Shown: positions 19,071 to 28,179 of the stretch, piece by piece
Numbering within the stretch: position 1 is the stretch's first letter
Layout of the letters: each line of letters opens with the position of its first letter
Source: Trueperaceae bacterium
GTDB lineage: Bacteria > Deinococcota > Deinococci > Deinococcales > Trueperaceae
DNA: 63,037 nt
Direction of reading: 5' to 3'
Assembly: GCA_035703635.1 (NCBI GenBank)
Contig: DASSXV010000034.1
Span: 1-63,037, forward strand
Program-made: the position numbers and the translations under genes
The notes under the pieces: generated by a model
What the model saw: only the letters and a program-made list of their open reading frames with translations
Database searches by the model: none
Told to the model about the DNA's origin: nothing

Positions 19071-20072
19071 ATGACCACGCCGCAGGCAACAGCCAGACCC
19101 GCAGCAGGCATCGCCGTGGTCGGCAGCGTGAACATGGACCTCGTAGTGAGGCTGGCGCGCCACCCACGCCCGGGCGAGACCGTCATGGGCTCCGACTACG
19201 CCACCCACCCGGGCGGAAAGGGCGCCAACCAAGCCGTGGCCGCCTCCAGGTTGGGTGGCAGAGTGAGCTTCGTAGGGCGCGTCGGCAACGACGAGTACGG
19301 CGTGCAACTGACAGCAGCGCTACAGCGCGACCACGTCGATACCACTGCGTTGGCCCGCAGCGGGCGGCCGAGCGGCGCGGCTTTCATTCAGGTCGACGAG
19401 GCCGGGCAGAACAGCATCGTCGTGTCGCCAGGCGCCAACTACGACCTGAACGTGGCGGACCTGGCTACGCCAGCTGGGCGCTACGCCGTCGAAGGCGCAG
19501 CTGTGCTGCTCCTGCAACTCGAAGTCCCCCTTGAAGTAACGCTCGCCGCCGCAGCCGCCGGCAGGCGGGCGGGCGCCGTGGTTGTCCTCAACCTCGCCCC
19601 AGCGCAACGACTCGAGGCCAGCGCGCTGGCGAACGTCGGCGTGCTCCTCGTCAACGAGACAGAGGCCGTCATCCAGCTTGGCGCCGCGGCCGCCGACAAG
19701 AGACCAGCCGAGTGGGCAGCGGCGCTCTGCCGCTACGCCCCGAGCGCGGTCGTGACCTTGGGGGGAGAAGGCGCCGTGTGGGCGACGCGGCGAGAACCCG
19801 CCAACGCAGACAGCGCCGTTGACCACGGCCACGTGCCCGCGTTCCCCGTCACCGTCGTCGACACGACGGCGGCGGGCGACGCCTTCGCGGGCGCCCTCGG
19901 CTACTTCCTAGCGCGGGAGCGGTCGACCGGCCGCGAGGGCGCTGCGCTTGCCGCGGCCGTCAGGTTCGCCAGCGCGGCTGGCGCCATGGCCACCACCCGC
20001 GCTGGCGCGCAACCGTCGCTGCCTAGCCTGGCCGAGGTCGAGGCCCTGTTGGCGACAGGGGGTGCTGCGTGA
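19071..20072 (+). CDS. rbsK: Ribokinase
   Basis: Motifs VGSVNMD, PGGKGANQA, NETEA, DTTAAGDAF. Confidence 0.92.
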   Translation: MTTPQATARPAAGIAVVGSVNMDLVVRLARHPRPGETVMGSDYATHPGGKGANQAVAASRLGGRVSFVGRVGNDEYGVQLTAALQRDHVDTTALARSGRPSGAAFIQVDEAGQNSIVVSPGANYDLNVADLATPAGRYAVEGAAVLLLQLEVPLEVTLAAAAAGRRAGAVVVLNLAPAQRLEASALANVGVLLVNETEAVIQLGAAAADKRPAEWAAALCRYAPSAVVTLGGEGAVWATRREPANADSAVDHGHVPAFPVTVVDTTAAGDAFAGALGYFLARERSTGREGAALAAAVRFASAAGAMATTRAGAQPSLPSLAEVEALLATGGAA

Positions 20073-21532
20073 CGGGGGCACTGCTGGAGATGCGCGGCGT
20101 TACCAAGCGTTTCGGGACCTTCGAGGCGCTCTCGGGAGTGGACTTCGACCTCGAAGCAGGTGAAGTGCATGCCCTTCTCGGCGAGAACGGCGCGGGCAAG
20201 TCGACGCTCATGAAGATCCTCGCGGGCGTGCAGCCAGCCACCAGCGGCACGATGGCGGTAGCTGGCGAGCCCGTCAACTTCACGAGCGTGGCAGACGCAC
20301 AAGCCAACGGCGTGGCCATGGTCTACCAGGAGTTGGCGCTGGTCGCCGACCTCTCCGTCGCAGAGAACTTGTTCCTCGGCAGGCTCGACGCATGGGTGAG
20401 CCACCGGCGCCTGGCCGCGCGCGCCGCGCCGCTCCTCGAGCAGGTCGAGCTCGACGTGCAGCCGCTGGCGGCCGTCAGCAGCCTTGCCGTCGGCGAACAG
20501 CAACTCGTCGAGATCGCTCGTGCGCTAGGTCACAAGCAGCGCATCCTCGTGTTCGACGAGCCAACGGCGGCCCTCTCGGCCGGCGAGACGGCGCGCCTCT
20601 TTCACCTGATCGCCAAGCTCAAGGAGCAGGGCGTTGGCATCGTGTACATCAGCCACCGGCTCGAGGAAGTGTTCGAGATCGCCGACCGCGTCACCGTCTT
20701 GCGCGACGGCCGCAAGGTCCGCACGGCTTCCCTCGCCGAGCTGACCCCTGACGACGTCGTGCGCGCCATGGTCGGGCGCGACGTCAAGCGCTTCACGCGG
20801 GCACCCACGCAGCGCCCGGCGGAGGCGGCACTAGAGTTCGAGTTCGAGGCGAGCGGGGTGGCGCCCGGCCACATCACGGTGCGCCCAGGCGAGATCATCG
20901 GTCTGGCTGGCGTGGTCGGCTCTGGGCGCAACAAGGTCTTGTCGACGCTCTTCGGCGCCGCCGGCACGGCGCGCGTCGACGGCACGCGCGTGAGGTCGCC
21001 GCACCACGCCATCGACCTCGGCATGTTCCTCGTGCCAGAAGACCGCAAGCTGGCCGGCCTAGTGCTGGAGTTGAGCGTGCGCGAGAACCTGGCCATGGCT
21101 ATCCTGCCGCGCCTCGTACGCGCTGGCCTGTTCATGAACGCGGCCAAGGAGAACCGCCAGGTCCGCCACTGGATCGAGCGCCTCGGGGTCAAGCCGCCCG
21201 AGCCGGAGAAGCGGGCCGGCGACCTGTCGGGCGGCAACCAGCAGAAGGTGGTGTTGGGCAAGGCGCTTGCAACCGAACCACGCGTCCTGCTACTCGACGA
21301 GCCCACCCGCGGGGTGGACGTCGGCGCCCGCAGCGAGATCTACGGGGTGTTGAACGAGCTGGCGCGCGAGGGCATGGCCCTGCTGATCGCCAGCTCCGAC
21401 ACCACGGAGTTGGTGGGCCTCTGCGACAAGGTCCTAGTCTTCCGCGGCGGCGCCGTGGCGACCGCACTCGCAAGGCCCCTAGACGAAGGTGAGGTGGTGG
21501 CGTATGTCACTGGCGCACGTAAAGTGGCGTGA
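20069..21532 (+). CDS. rbsA: Ribose ABC transporter ATP-binding protein
   Basis: Motifs GENGAGKST, DEPTAAL, PEDRK, LSGGNQQK, DEPTRGVDVG (two NBDs). Confidence 0.9.
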   Translation: MTGALLEMRGVTKRFGTFEALSGVDFDLEAGEVHALLGENGAGKSTLMKILAGVQPATSGTMAVAGEPVNFTSVADAQANGVAMVYQELALVADLSVAENLFLGRLDAWVSHRRLAARAAPLLEQVELDVQPLAAVSSLAVGEQQLVEIARALGHKQRILVFDEPTAALSAGETARLFHLIAKLKEQGVGIVYISHRLEEVFEIADRVTVLRDGRKVRTASLAELTPDDVVRAMVGRDVKRFTRAPTQRPAEAALEFEFEASGVAPGHITVRPGEIIGLAGVVGSGRNKVLSTLFGAAGTARVDGTRVRSPHHAIDLGMFLVPEDRKLAGLVLELSVRENLAMAILPRLVRAGLFMNAAKENRQVRHWIERLGVKPPEPEKRAGDLSGGNQQKVVLGKALATEPRVLLLDEPTRGVDVGARSEIYGVLNELAREGMALLIASSDTTELVGLCDKVLVFRGGAVATALARPLDEGEVVAYVTGARKVA

Positions 21533-22457
21533 ACTGCTGGCCCGCTTCGGGCTGCTCCTGGCGTTCTTGGTGATGGTGCTAGTCCTGTCACTCGTCTCCG
21601 AGCGCTTCCTCACGACCTCGAACATCATCAACGTCCTCAGGCAGATCTCCGTCAACGCCATCATCGCCTTCGGCATGACGTTCGTGATCATCGGAGCGGG
21701 CATCGACCTCTCCGTTGGCTCGATGCTCGCCCTAGTTGGCGTCGCCGCGGCCATCTTGGTGACCACCACCAACATCCCCGTCGTAGTCGTGCTGCTCATC
21801 GCCATCGCCATCGGAGCCGGCCTAGGCCTCCTCAACGGCCTAGTCGTCGGCTACGCGGGGGTGGCGCCGTTCATCGTCACGCTGGCGGGCCTGACCATCT
21901 TCAGGGGCATGACGCTGGTGCTTACCGACGGCAAACCGATCAGCGGCCTGCCACCGCTCTTCAGCAAGCTCGGCTACGGCACGTTCCTCGGCGTGCCGAT
22001 GCCCGTGTGGATCATGGTCGGTGTGCTGCTGCTCTCTTACGTGATCCTGCGCCACACACCCGTCGGGCGCGCCATCTACGCCGTGGGCGGCAACCCGGAG
22101 GCCGCGCGCCTCTCCGGCATCCCGGTGCGCCGCATCCTCACCTTCACGTACGTCTACTCGGGCCTGACCGTGGCCATAGCCGCGCTGGTCCTGACCGGGC
22201 GTCTCAACTCGGCGCAACCGACGGCAGGGCAGGGTTTCGAGCTCGACGCCATCGCGGCCGTCGTCGTTGGCGGCACCTCGCTGGCCGGTGGCCGCGGCAC
22301 GGTCTGGGGCACCCTCATCGGCGCCCTGATCATCGGGGTCATCAACAACGGCATGAACCTACTCAACGTCTCGAGCTTCTACCAGCAGATCGTGAAGGGG
22401 GGCGTGATTCTGGCAGCGCTACTCATAGACCGCGTACTGTCGCAGCGCAAGGACTGA
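21504..22457 (+). CDS. rbsC: Ribose ABC transporter permease
   Basis: Motifs GIDLSVGS, GGNPEAARLSGI, ELDAIAAVVVGGTSL. Confidence 0.92.
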   Translation: MSLAHVKWRELLARFGLLLAFLVMVLVLSLVSERFLTTSNIINVLRQISVNAIIAFGMTFVIIGAGIDLSVGSMLALVGVAAAILVTTTNIPVVVVLLIAIAIGAGLGLLNGLVVGYAGVAPFIVTLAGLTIFRGMTLVLTDGKPISGLPPLFSKLGYGTFLGVPMPVWIMVGVLLLSYVILRHTPVGRAIYAVGGNPEAARLSGIPVRRILTFTYVYSGLTVAIAALVLTGRLNSAQPTAGQGFELDAIAAVVVGGTSLAGGRGTVWGTLIGALIIGVINNGMNLLNVSSFYQQIVKGGVILAALLIDRVLSQRKD

Positions 22458-22596
22458 CGCGTGCGAACGCCGTGTGTGCCCGGCTAGCCAACCAGGCACG
22501 CGGCGGCGCTAACTTACCGCTAAACACCGGGTCTGGCAGACGCCGGGAAGCCACTCGCGGCGCGCAGGTTCGCGCCCTACCAAGCAGAGGAAGAAC

Positions 22597-23481
22597 ATGA
22601 GAAAACTGCTCATCATCGTCGTTGCCGCCCTGTTGGGCGCCGGGTTCGCCCAGACCATCGGGCTTTCCGTTTCTACCCTCAACAACCCGTTCTTCGTGCA
22701 GTTGCGTGACGGCGCCCAGGCCGCCGCGGACGAACTCGGCCTCAAGCTCGTCGTCACCGACGCGCAAGACAGCGTCAGCAACCAGATCTCCAACATCGAG
22801 GACCTGCTGCAATCCGGCGTCAACGTGCTCATCATCAACGCCACCGACTCCGACGCGGTCGTACCCGCCGTGATGGAAGCCAACAGCCGCAACATCCCCG
22901 TCATCGCCGTGGACCGCGGCATCAACGGCGGCACCGTTGCCTACTTCATCGCCTCCGACAACGTCGCGGGCGGCGGCCTTGCCGGCCAGTACCTGTGCGA
23001 CAAGCTCGGTGGCAAAGGCAACGTCGTGGAACTAGAGGGCATCCCCGGAACCTCAGCCGCCCGCGAGCGCGGGCAGGGCTTCAACGACTACCTCACGAAA
23101 TCGTGCCCTGGCCTCACGGTCGCGGCGCGCCAGACCGCTAACTTCAACCGAGCAGAGGGCCTGACCGTCATGGAGAACATCCTCGTGGCGCAGCCCGACA
23201 TCGCGGCCGTGTTCGCCCACAACGACGAGATGGCGCTTGGTGCACTCCAGGCCATCCAGGCGAGTGGCCGCAAGATCCTCGTCGTAGGCTTCGACGCCAC
23301 CGACGACGCCGTCGCCGCCGTGCAGGCCTGCACCATGGCCGCCACCGTCGCGCAGCAGCCCGCCATGCTTGGCGACGAGGCCGTGCGCGCCGCCAAGAAG
23401 ATCATCGACGACGGGGCGCCAGCCACGACCGAGAACATCGCCGTCGGCTTGCAACTCGTCACGAACGCCGCCTGCAACTGA
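22597..23481 (+). CDS. rbsB: Ribose ABC transporter substrate-binding protein
   Basis: Motifs STLNNPFF, IASDNVAGG, SAARERG, FAHNDEMALGA, GFD. Confidence 0.92.
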   Translation: MRKLLIIVVAALLGAGFAQTIGLSVSTLNNPFFVQLRDGAQAAADELGLKLVVTDAQDSVSNQISNIEDLLQSGVNVLIINATDSDAVVPAVMEANSRNIPVIAVDRGINGGTVAYFIASDNVAGGGLAGQYLCDKLGGKGNVVELEGIPGTSAARERGQGFNDYLTKSCPGLTVAARQTANFNRAEGLTVMENILVAQPDIAAVFAHNDEMALGALQAIQASGRKILVVGFDATDDAVAAVQACTMAATVAQQPAMLGDEAVRAAKKIIDDGAPATTENIAVGLQLVTNAACN

Positions 23482-23493
23482 GGCAGGGGCGCT

Positions 23494-23527
23494 TGCGGGG
23501 GGCGGCGGTCAGGGGCCGCCCCCCGCA
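23494..23527 (+). terminator. GC-rich stem-loop after rbsB
   Basis: TGCGGGGGGCGGC / GCCGCCCCCCGCA perfect 13-bp stem. Confidence 0.55.
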
Positions 23528-23545
23528 CTTGTCTGGAGGTCGTTA

Positions 23546-23944
23546 ATGAAGCGCAGCGGCATCTTGCACGCCGAGTTGTCGGGCATCGTGGCCGCCATGG
23601 GGCACGGGGAGCTGCTCGTGATCGGCGACGCCGGCCTGCCCGTCCCGCCGGGCGTGCCGTGTGTCGACCTGGCCCTAACGCCGGGTGTGCCTGGCTTCCT
23701 CGAGACGGTGACCACCGTTCTCAGTGAGCTCGTCGTGGAGCGCGGCCTGGCCAACGCCGAGCAGCCGCTGGCCGCGGCTGCTGCCGCCGCGTCGCTGGAG
23801 GCCGCGTGGCCAGCCGGGGTGCCGCTGGAGCGCGTTGCCCACGCCGAGCTGAAGCGCCTGAGCGCCAGCGCGCGCGCCGTGGTGCGCACCGGCGAGGCGA
23901 CGCCTTACTGCAACATCGTGCTGGTGGCTGGGGTGCCGTTCTAG
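23546..23944 (+). CDS. rbsD: D-ribose pyranase
   Basis: Motifs MKRSGILH, MGHGELLVIGDAGLP, VRTGEATPYCN. Confidence 0.93.
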   Translation: MKRSGILHAELSGIVAAMGHGELLVIGDAGLPVPPGVPCVDLALTPGVPGFLETVTTVLSELVVERGLANAEQPLAAAAAAASLEAAWPAGVPLERVAHAELKRLSASARAVVRTGEATPYCNIVLVAGVPF

Positions 23945-24001
23945 CAGCTAGCCAGGTGCGGCCCATTGCAAGCGCACCCTGGGTGGCGCATCGTATTGGG
24001 C

Positions 24002-24985
24002 ATGCGCATCCTGATCTTGGGCGGCACCCAGTTCGTAGGTAGGCACTTCGTCGAGGCCGCCGTCGCTCGCGGCCACGAGCTAACCCTCTTCAACCGCGGC
24101 AGCAAGCCAGCCCCCGCCGGCGTTGCTCACCAAGTGGTTGGCGACCGCAACACCGACCTGGCGAGACTCGCCGGGCGCGACTTCGACGCCGTGCTAGACA
24201 CCAGCGCTTACGTGCCCCGCCAAGTGGCGGAGGCCGCGGCCGCGCTGGAGGGCGCCGTTGGCGCCTACTTGCTCGTCTCCACCATCAGCGTCTACGCCGA
24301 TCAGCTGCAGGCGGGCCTAACTGAGGACTCCGCGCTGCTACGCCTCGACGACCCCTCAACGGAGGAGGTCGACGGCGCCACCTACGGCGGCCTCAAGGTC
24401 TTGTGTGAAGCAGCGCTGGCGCGCGTGTTCCCGCCCGAGCGGCGCCTCACCGTGCGCCCAGGCATCGTGGTCGGGCCGTACGACCCAACCGACCGCTTCA
24501 CGTACTGGCCCGCGCGCGTCGCGCACGGCGGCCAAGTACTAGCGCCGGCGGGCCCCGAACTCGCGCTGCAGTGGATCGACGGGCGTGACCTCGCCGACTT
24601 CATGCTCGGCGCGCTCGAGCGCGGCGTTAGCGGCACTTACAACGCGGTGTCGGAGGCCGGCCGCTTCAGGCTCGGCGACGTGCTCGCCGCCGCCAAGCGC
24701 ATCAGCGGCTCCAGCGCCACCATCACGTGGGTGAGCGAGGAGTTCCTCCTCGAGCATGAAGTCGTGCCGTTCGGCGACTTGCCGTTCTGGCTGCCGGGCG
24801 CGGCGGGCAACATGTTCAAGGTCGACAGCGAGAGGGCCACCGCCGCTGGTCTGCGAGCCCGTTCGCTGGAGGAGACGGTGGCTGACACGCTGGCGTGGCA
24901 GGCGGAGCGCGGCGACCCCGCGCTCAAGGTGGGCCTGAGCGCCGAGCGCGAAGCCGAACTGCTCGAGTTGTGGCGTCAGCGCTGA
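24002..24985 (+). CDS. NAD-dependent epimerase/dehydratase-like (atypical SDR)
   Basis: Motifs ILILGGTQFVG, YGGLKVLCE, VRPGIVVGPYDPTDRFTYW. Confidence 0.85.
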   Translation: MRILILGGTQFVGRHFVEAAVARGHELTLFNRGSKPAPAGVAHQVVGDRNTDLARLAGRDFDAVLDTSAYVPRQVAEAAAALEGAVGAYLLVSTISVYADQLQAGLTEDSALLRLDDPSTEEVDGATYGGLKVLCEAALARVFPPERRLTVRPGIVVGPYDPTDRFTYWPARVAHGGQVLAPAGPELALQWIDGRDLADFMLGALERGVSGTYNAVSEAGRFRLGDVLAAAKRISGSSATITWVSEEFLLEHEVVPFGDLPFWLPGAAGNMFKVDSERATAAGLRARSLEETVADTLAWQAERGDPALKVGLSAEREAELLELWRQR

Positions 24986-24998
24986 CTGTCGCGGTTGC

Positions 24999-26270
24999 CT
25001 AGACCCGCCCGAACCTCTCCCGCGCGGCCTCTTGCAGGGCTTCGCGGTGCTCGGGGTGCGCTATCTCGCTGAGAGCCCGCGCCCGCTGCCGCAGGTTGCG
25101 GCCGTGCAGCGCGGCCACCCCGTACTCGGTCACGACGTAGTGCACGTGCGCCCTCGTGGTCACCACGCCGGCGCCCGGCTTGAGCAGCGCCACGATGCGG
25201 CTCTCGCCACGGCTCGTGGTAGAGGGCAGCGCGATGATCGGCTTGCCGCGCTCCGACAGGGCCGCGCCGCGGATGAAGTCCATCTGCCCGCCGACGCCCG
25301 AGTACTGGTAGGTGCCGAGCGAGTCGGCCACGACCTGCCCCGTGACGTCGACCTCGAGGGCCGAGTTGATGGCCGTGACCTTCGGGTTGCGCCTGATGAC
25401 GGCGGTGTCGTTCACGTAAGCCACGTCGAGGAGCAGCACAGACGGGTTGTCGTCGATGAAGTCGTAGAGCCGCCGCGAGCCCATCACGAAGCTGGCCACC
25501 GCCTTGCCAGGGTGGCTGCGCTTGTGCTCGCCCGTGATGACGCCGCGCTCGATGAGGTCGACCACGCCGTCTGAGAACATCTCGCTGTGGACGCCCAACC
25601 CCCGGTGGCCCGTCAGTGCGGCAAGCACGGCCTCTGGTATGGCGCCGATGCCGAGCTGCAGCGTGGCGCCGTCCTCCACCAGGTCGGCCACGTATTGGCC
25701 GATGGTGCTCTCCACGGCGCCGAGCGCGGGGCGCGCCACCTCGGGGATAGGCGCCTCCACCGTCACGGCCAGGTCGATGTCGTTGACGTGCAGGAGGCCG
25801 TCGCCGTGACTGCGCGGCATGTTGGGGTTCACCTGCGCTAGCACGAGCCTGGCGGCTTCCACGGCCGCGCGGCTGGCGTCGACCGACGTGCCAAGCGAGC
25901 AGTAGCCATGCCTGTCTGGCGGCGACACCTGGATGAGCGCCACGTCGAGCGGCATGGCGCCAGAGCGGAACAGCGCAGGCACCTCGCTGAGGAAGATGGG
26001 CGTGTAGTCGCCCTGGCCGCGCGCCACGGCGTCGCGCACGTTCTTGCCAACGAAGAGGGCGTTGACGCGGAAGCAGCTTGCCACCTCGGGCGTCGCGTAA
26101 GGCGCGGGCCCCTCGGTGTGGAGCTGCACCACCTCGACGGCGCGCAGGCTGGGCGCACGCTCCGCCATGGCCGTGAGGAGCGCGTGCGGCGCCGCCGCCA
26201 CGCTGTGAACGTAGACGCGGTCGCCGGAGTGGATCTGTTGGGCGGCTTCGGCGGCGGTGGTGTACCTCAT
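24999..26270 (-). CDS. Acetyl-CoA hydrolase/transferase family (4-hydroxybutyrate CoA-transferase-like)
   Basis: Motifs DGATLQLGIGAIP, HSEMFSDG, SGVGGQMDF, VVTEYGVA. Confidence 0.9.
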   Translation of the reverse strand: MRYTTAAEAAQQIHSGDRVYVHSVAAAPHALLTAMAERAPSLRAVEVVQLHTEGPAPYATPEVASCFRVNALFVGKNVRDAVARGQGDYTPIFLSEVPALFRSGAMPLDVALIQVSPPDRHGYCSLGTSVDASRAAVEAARLVLAQVNPNMPRSHGDGLLHVNDIDLAVTVEAPIPEVARPALGAVESTIGQYVADLVEDGATLQLGIGAIPEAVLAALTGHRGLGVHSEMFSDGVVDLIERGVITGEHKRSHPGKAVASFVMGSRRLYDFIDDNPSVLLLDVAYVNDTAVIRRNPKVTAINSALEVDVTGQVVADSLGTYQYSGVGGQMDFIRGAALSERGKPIIALPSTTSRGESRIVALLKPGAGVVTTRAHVHYVVTEYGVAALHGRNLRQRARALSEIAHPEHREALQEAARERFGRV

Positions 26271-26301
26271 GTGGTCTCCTGGGCGGCAGCGGCCGCACGC
26301 C

Positions 26302-27210
26302 TCACGCGCCCTCGCTACGGTTGCCCCGCTGCTGCAGCAGCAACGAGCCGCCCACCAGGACTATCGAGGCGAGGATCATCAGCGTCGAGATGGCGTTGAT
26401 CTCGGGTGGGACGCGCTGCTTGAGCATGCCGTAGACGAACAGCGGCAGGGTGGTGGTGCCTACGCCGGCGTTGAAGAAGGTGATCACGAAGTCGTCGAGC
26501 GAGAGCGTGAAGGCGAGGAGCGCGCCGGCCATGACGCCGGGCAGGAGGATGGGGAAGGTGATGCGCCAGAAGGTCTGCCAGTGGTTGGCGCCGAGGTCGC
26601 GGCCGGCCTCTTCGAGGCGTGGGTCCATGCCCGCCAGGCGCGCGCGCACGACGATGGCCACGTAGCTGATGTTGAACGCCACGTGCGCGATGACGATGGT
26701 GCCGAAGCCGGAGACGAGCCGTACGCCGAAGAGCCGCTGGACCGTCTCGAAGATGATGTTGAAGAACACGGCGAGCGCGATGCCTTGCGTGATGTCGGGG
26801 ATGACGACTGGTAGGTAGAAGAGCGTGTCCAGTGTCTTGCGGCCCCAGAAGCGCCCGCGCGCCAAGGCCAAGGCGAGCATGGTGCCGAACGCCGTGCTCA
26901 CGAGGGTGGCGACCGCGGCCACGAACAGCGAGTTGCGCACGGCCTTGAGCAGGAGTTCTGTCTGGAAGCGCGCCGCCTCCGTGCCAGCCGAGATGGTGCC
27001 GGCGAAGATGTTCTCGTACCAGCGCGTGGTGAAGCCGCGCCAGGTGCTTACCGAGTTGCCGTCGTTGAAGCTGAACACCACCAGCACGAGGATGGGTAGC
27101 CAGAGGAACAGGTAGACCACGATGGGGCTGAGCAGCACGCCGAAGCGTCCCGTGCGGCGCACCGCCAGGTCGCGCTTGACTTTGCGGACGGTGGCGTTGG
27201 GCGTCGTCAC
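26302..27210 (-). CDS. potC: Polyamine ABC transporter permease (PotC-like)
   Basis: Motifs FSFN, LEEAGRDLGA, FTLSLDDFVITFF, PEINAIST; GTG start overlaps the potB stop. Confidence 0.88.
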   Translation of the reverse strand: MTTPNATVRKVKRDLAVRRTGRFGVLLSPIVVYLFLWLPILVLVVFSFNDGNSVSTWRGFTTRWYENIFAGTISAGTEAARFQTELLLKAVRNSLFVAAVATLVSTAFGTMLALALARGRFWGRKTLDTLFYLPVVIPDITQGIALAVFFNIIFETVQRLFGVRLVSGFGTIVIAHVAFNISYVAIVVRARLAGMDPRLEEAGRDLGANHWQTFWRITFPILLPGVMAGALLAFTLSLDDFVITFFNAGVGTTTLPLFVYGMLKQRVPPEINAISTLMILASIVLVGGSLLLQQRGNRSEGA

Positions 27211-28064
27211 GCGTCCTCGCGCTGACCCCAGCGGGTGTAGACGAGGACGCTGATGAACACCATGGCAAGCAGCACCATGGAGATGGCGCTGCCGAGCGGC
27301 ACGTTGCCGCGCCCGCCGAACTGCCCCTGGATGAGGTTGCCTATCATGAGCCCGCGCGTGCCGCCCATCAGGTCGGGCGTGATGTACGAGCCGATGGCCG
27401 GGATGAACACGAGGATGCAGCCGGCTATCACTCCAGGCAACGTGAGCGGGAAGATGACGCGCCAGAACGACGTCCAATCGTTGGCGCCGAGGTCGTTGGC
27501 TGCCTCGACGTAGCGCCAGTCGAGCGCCTCCACCGAGGCGTAGATCGGCAAGATCATGAAGGGCAGGTAACCGTAAACGAGGCCGATCACCACTGCCGTC
27601 GGCGTGAACAGCATCTGGAGCGGCGCGCTGATCAGGCCAAGGCTTTGGAAGAGGCCGTTGAGGAGCCCGTCGCGCTGCATGATGGTGATGAGCGCGTAAG
27701 TCCGCACGAGGAAGTTCGTCCAGAACGGCAACATGACGAGGAAGAGCAGCAGCATGCGCGCGCTTGGCGAGCGCCTGCGGCTGATGTAGAACGCCAAGGG
27801 GTAGCCGAGGCCGAGGCTAACGACGGTCGTCAGCAGCGCCACGCCGATGCTGCGCCACAAGACCGGGCCGAACACCGTGAACGTGCGCTCGTATTGGGCG
27901 AGGGTCGCTGGCGCAATGGCCGAACCGCCCGGCCCGCGCGACATGAACGACGCCACGGCCACGAACACGAGCGGCAGCAGGAAGAACACGACCAGCCAGA
28001 AGGTGGCTGGCAGTGCCATGCCGATGGCGCGCGCCTTGTCGCCGCGTACTCTCCCGCGGCTCAT
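27207..28064 (-). CDS. potB: Polyamine ABC transporter permease (PotB-like)
   Basis: Motifs LPFWTNFLVRTYA, YLPFMILPIY, EAANDLGA, MIGNLIQGQF. Confidence 0.88.
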   Translation of the reverse strand: MSRGRVRGDKARAIGMALPATFWLVVFFLLPLVFVAVASFMSRGPGGSAIAPATLAQYERTFTVFGPVLWRSIGVALLTTVVSLGLGYPLAFYISRRRSPSARMLLLFLVMLPFWTNFLVRTYALITIMQRDGLLNGLFQSLGLISAPLQMLFTPTAVVIGLVYGYLPFMILPIYASVEALDWRYVEAANDLGANDWTSFWRVIFPLTLPGVIAGCILVFIPAIGSYITPDLMGGTRGLMIGNLIQGQFGGRGNVPLGSAISMVLLAMVFISVLVYTRWGQREDA

Positions 28065-28179
28065 TGGGGGCCGCCGCAGCGGGTGGTCCCGGCTTGGTGC
28101 ATTGCCAGGAGTCTAACCTTCACGTCCGGCTATGTGGAGGGGCCGCGCGCGCCTCGGCAAGCTAGGTGGCGGTCCCGCG

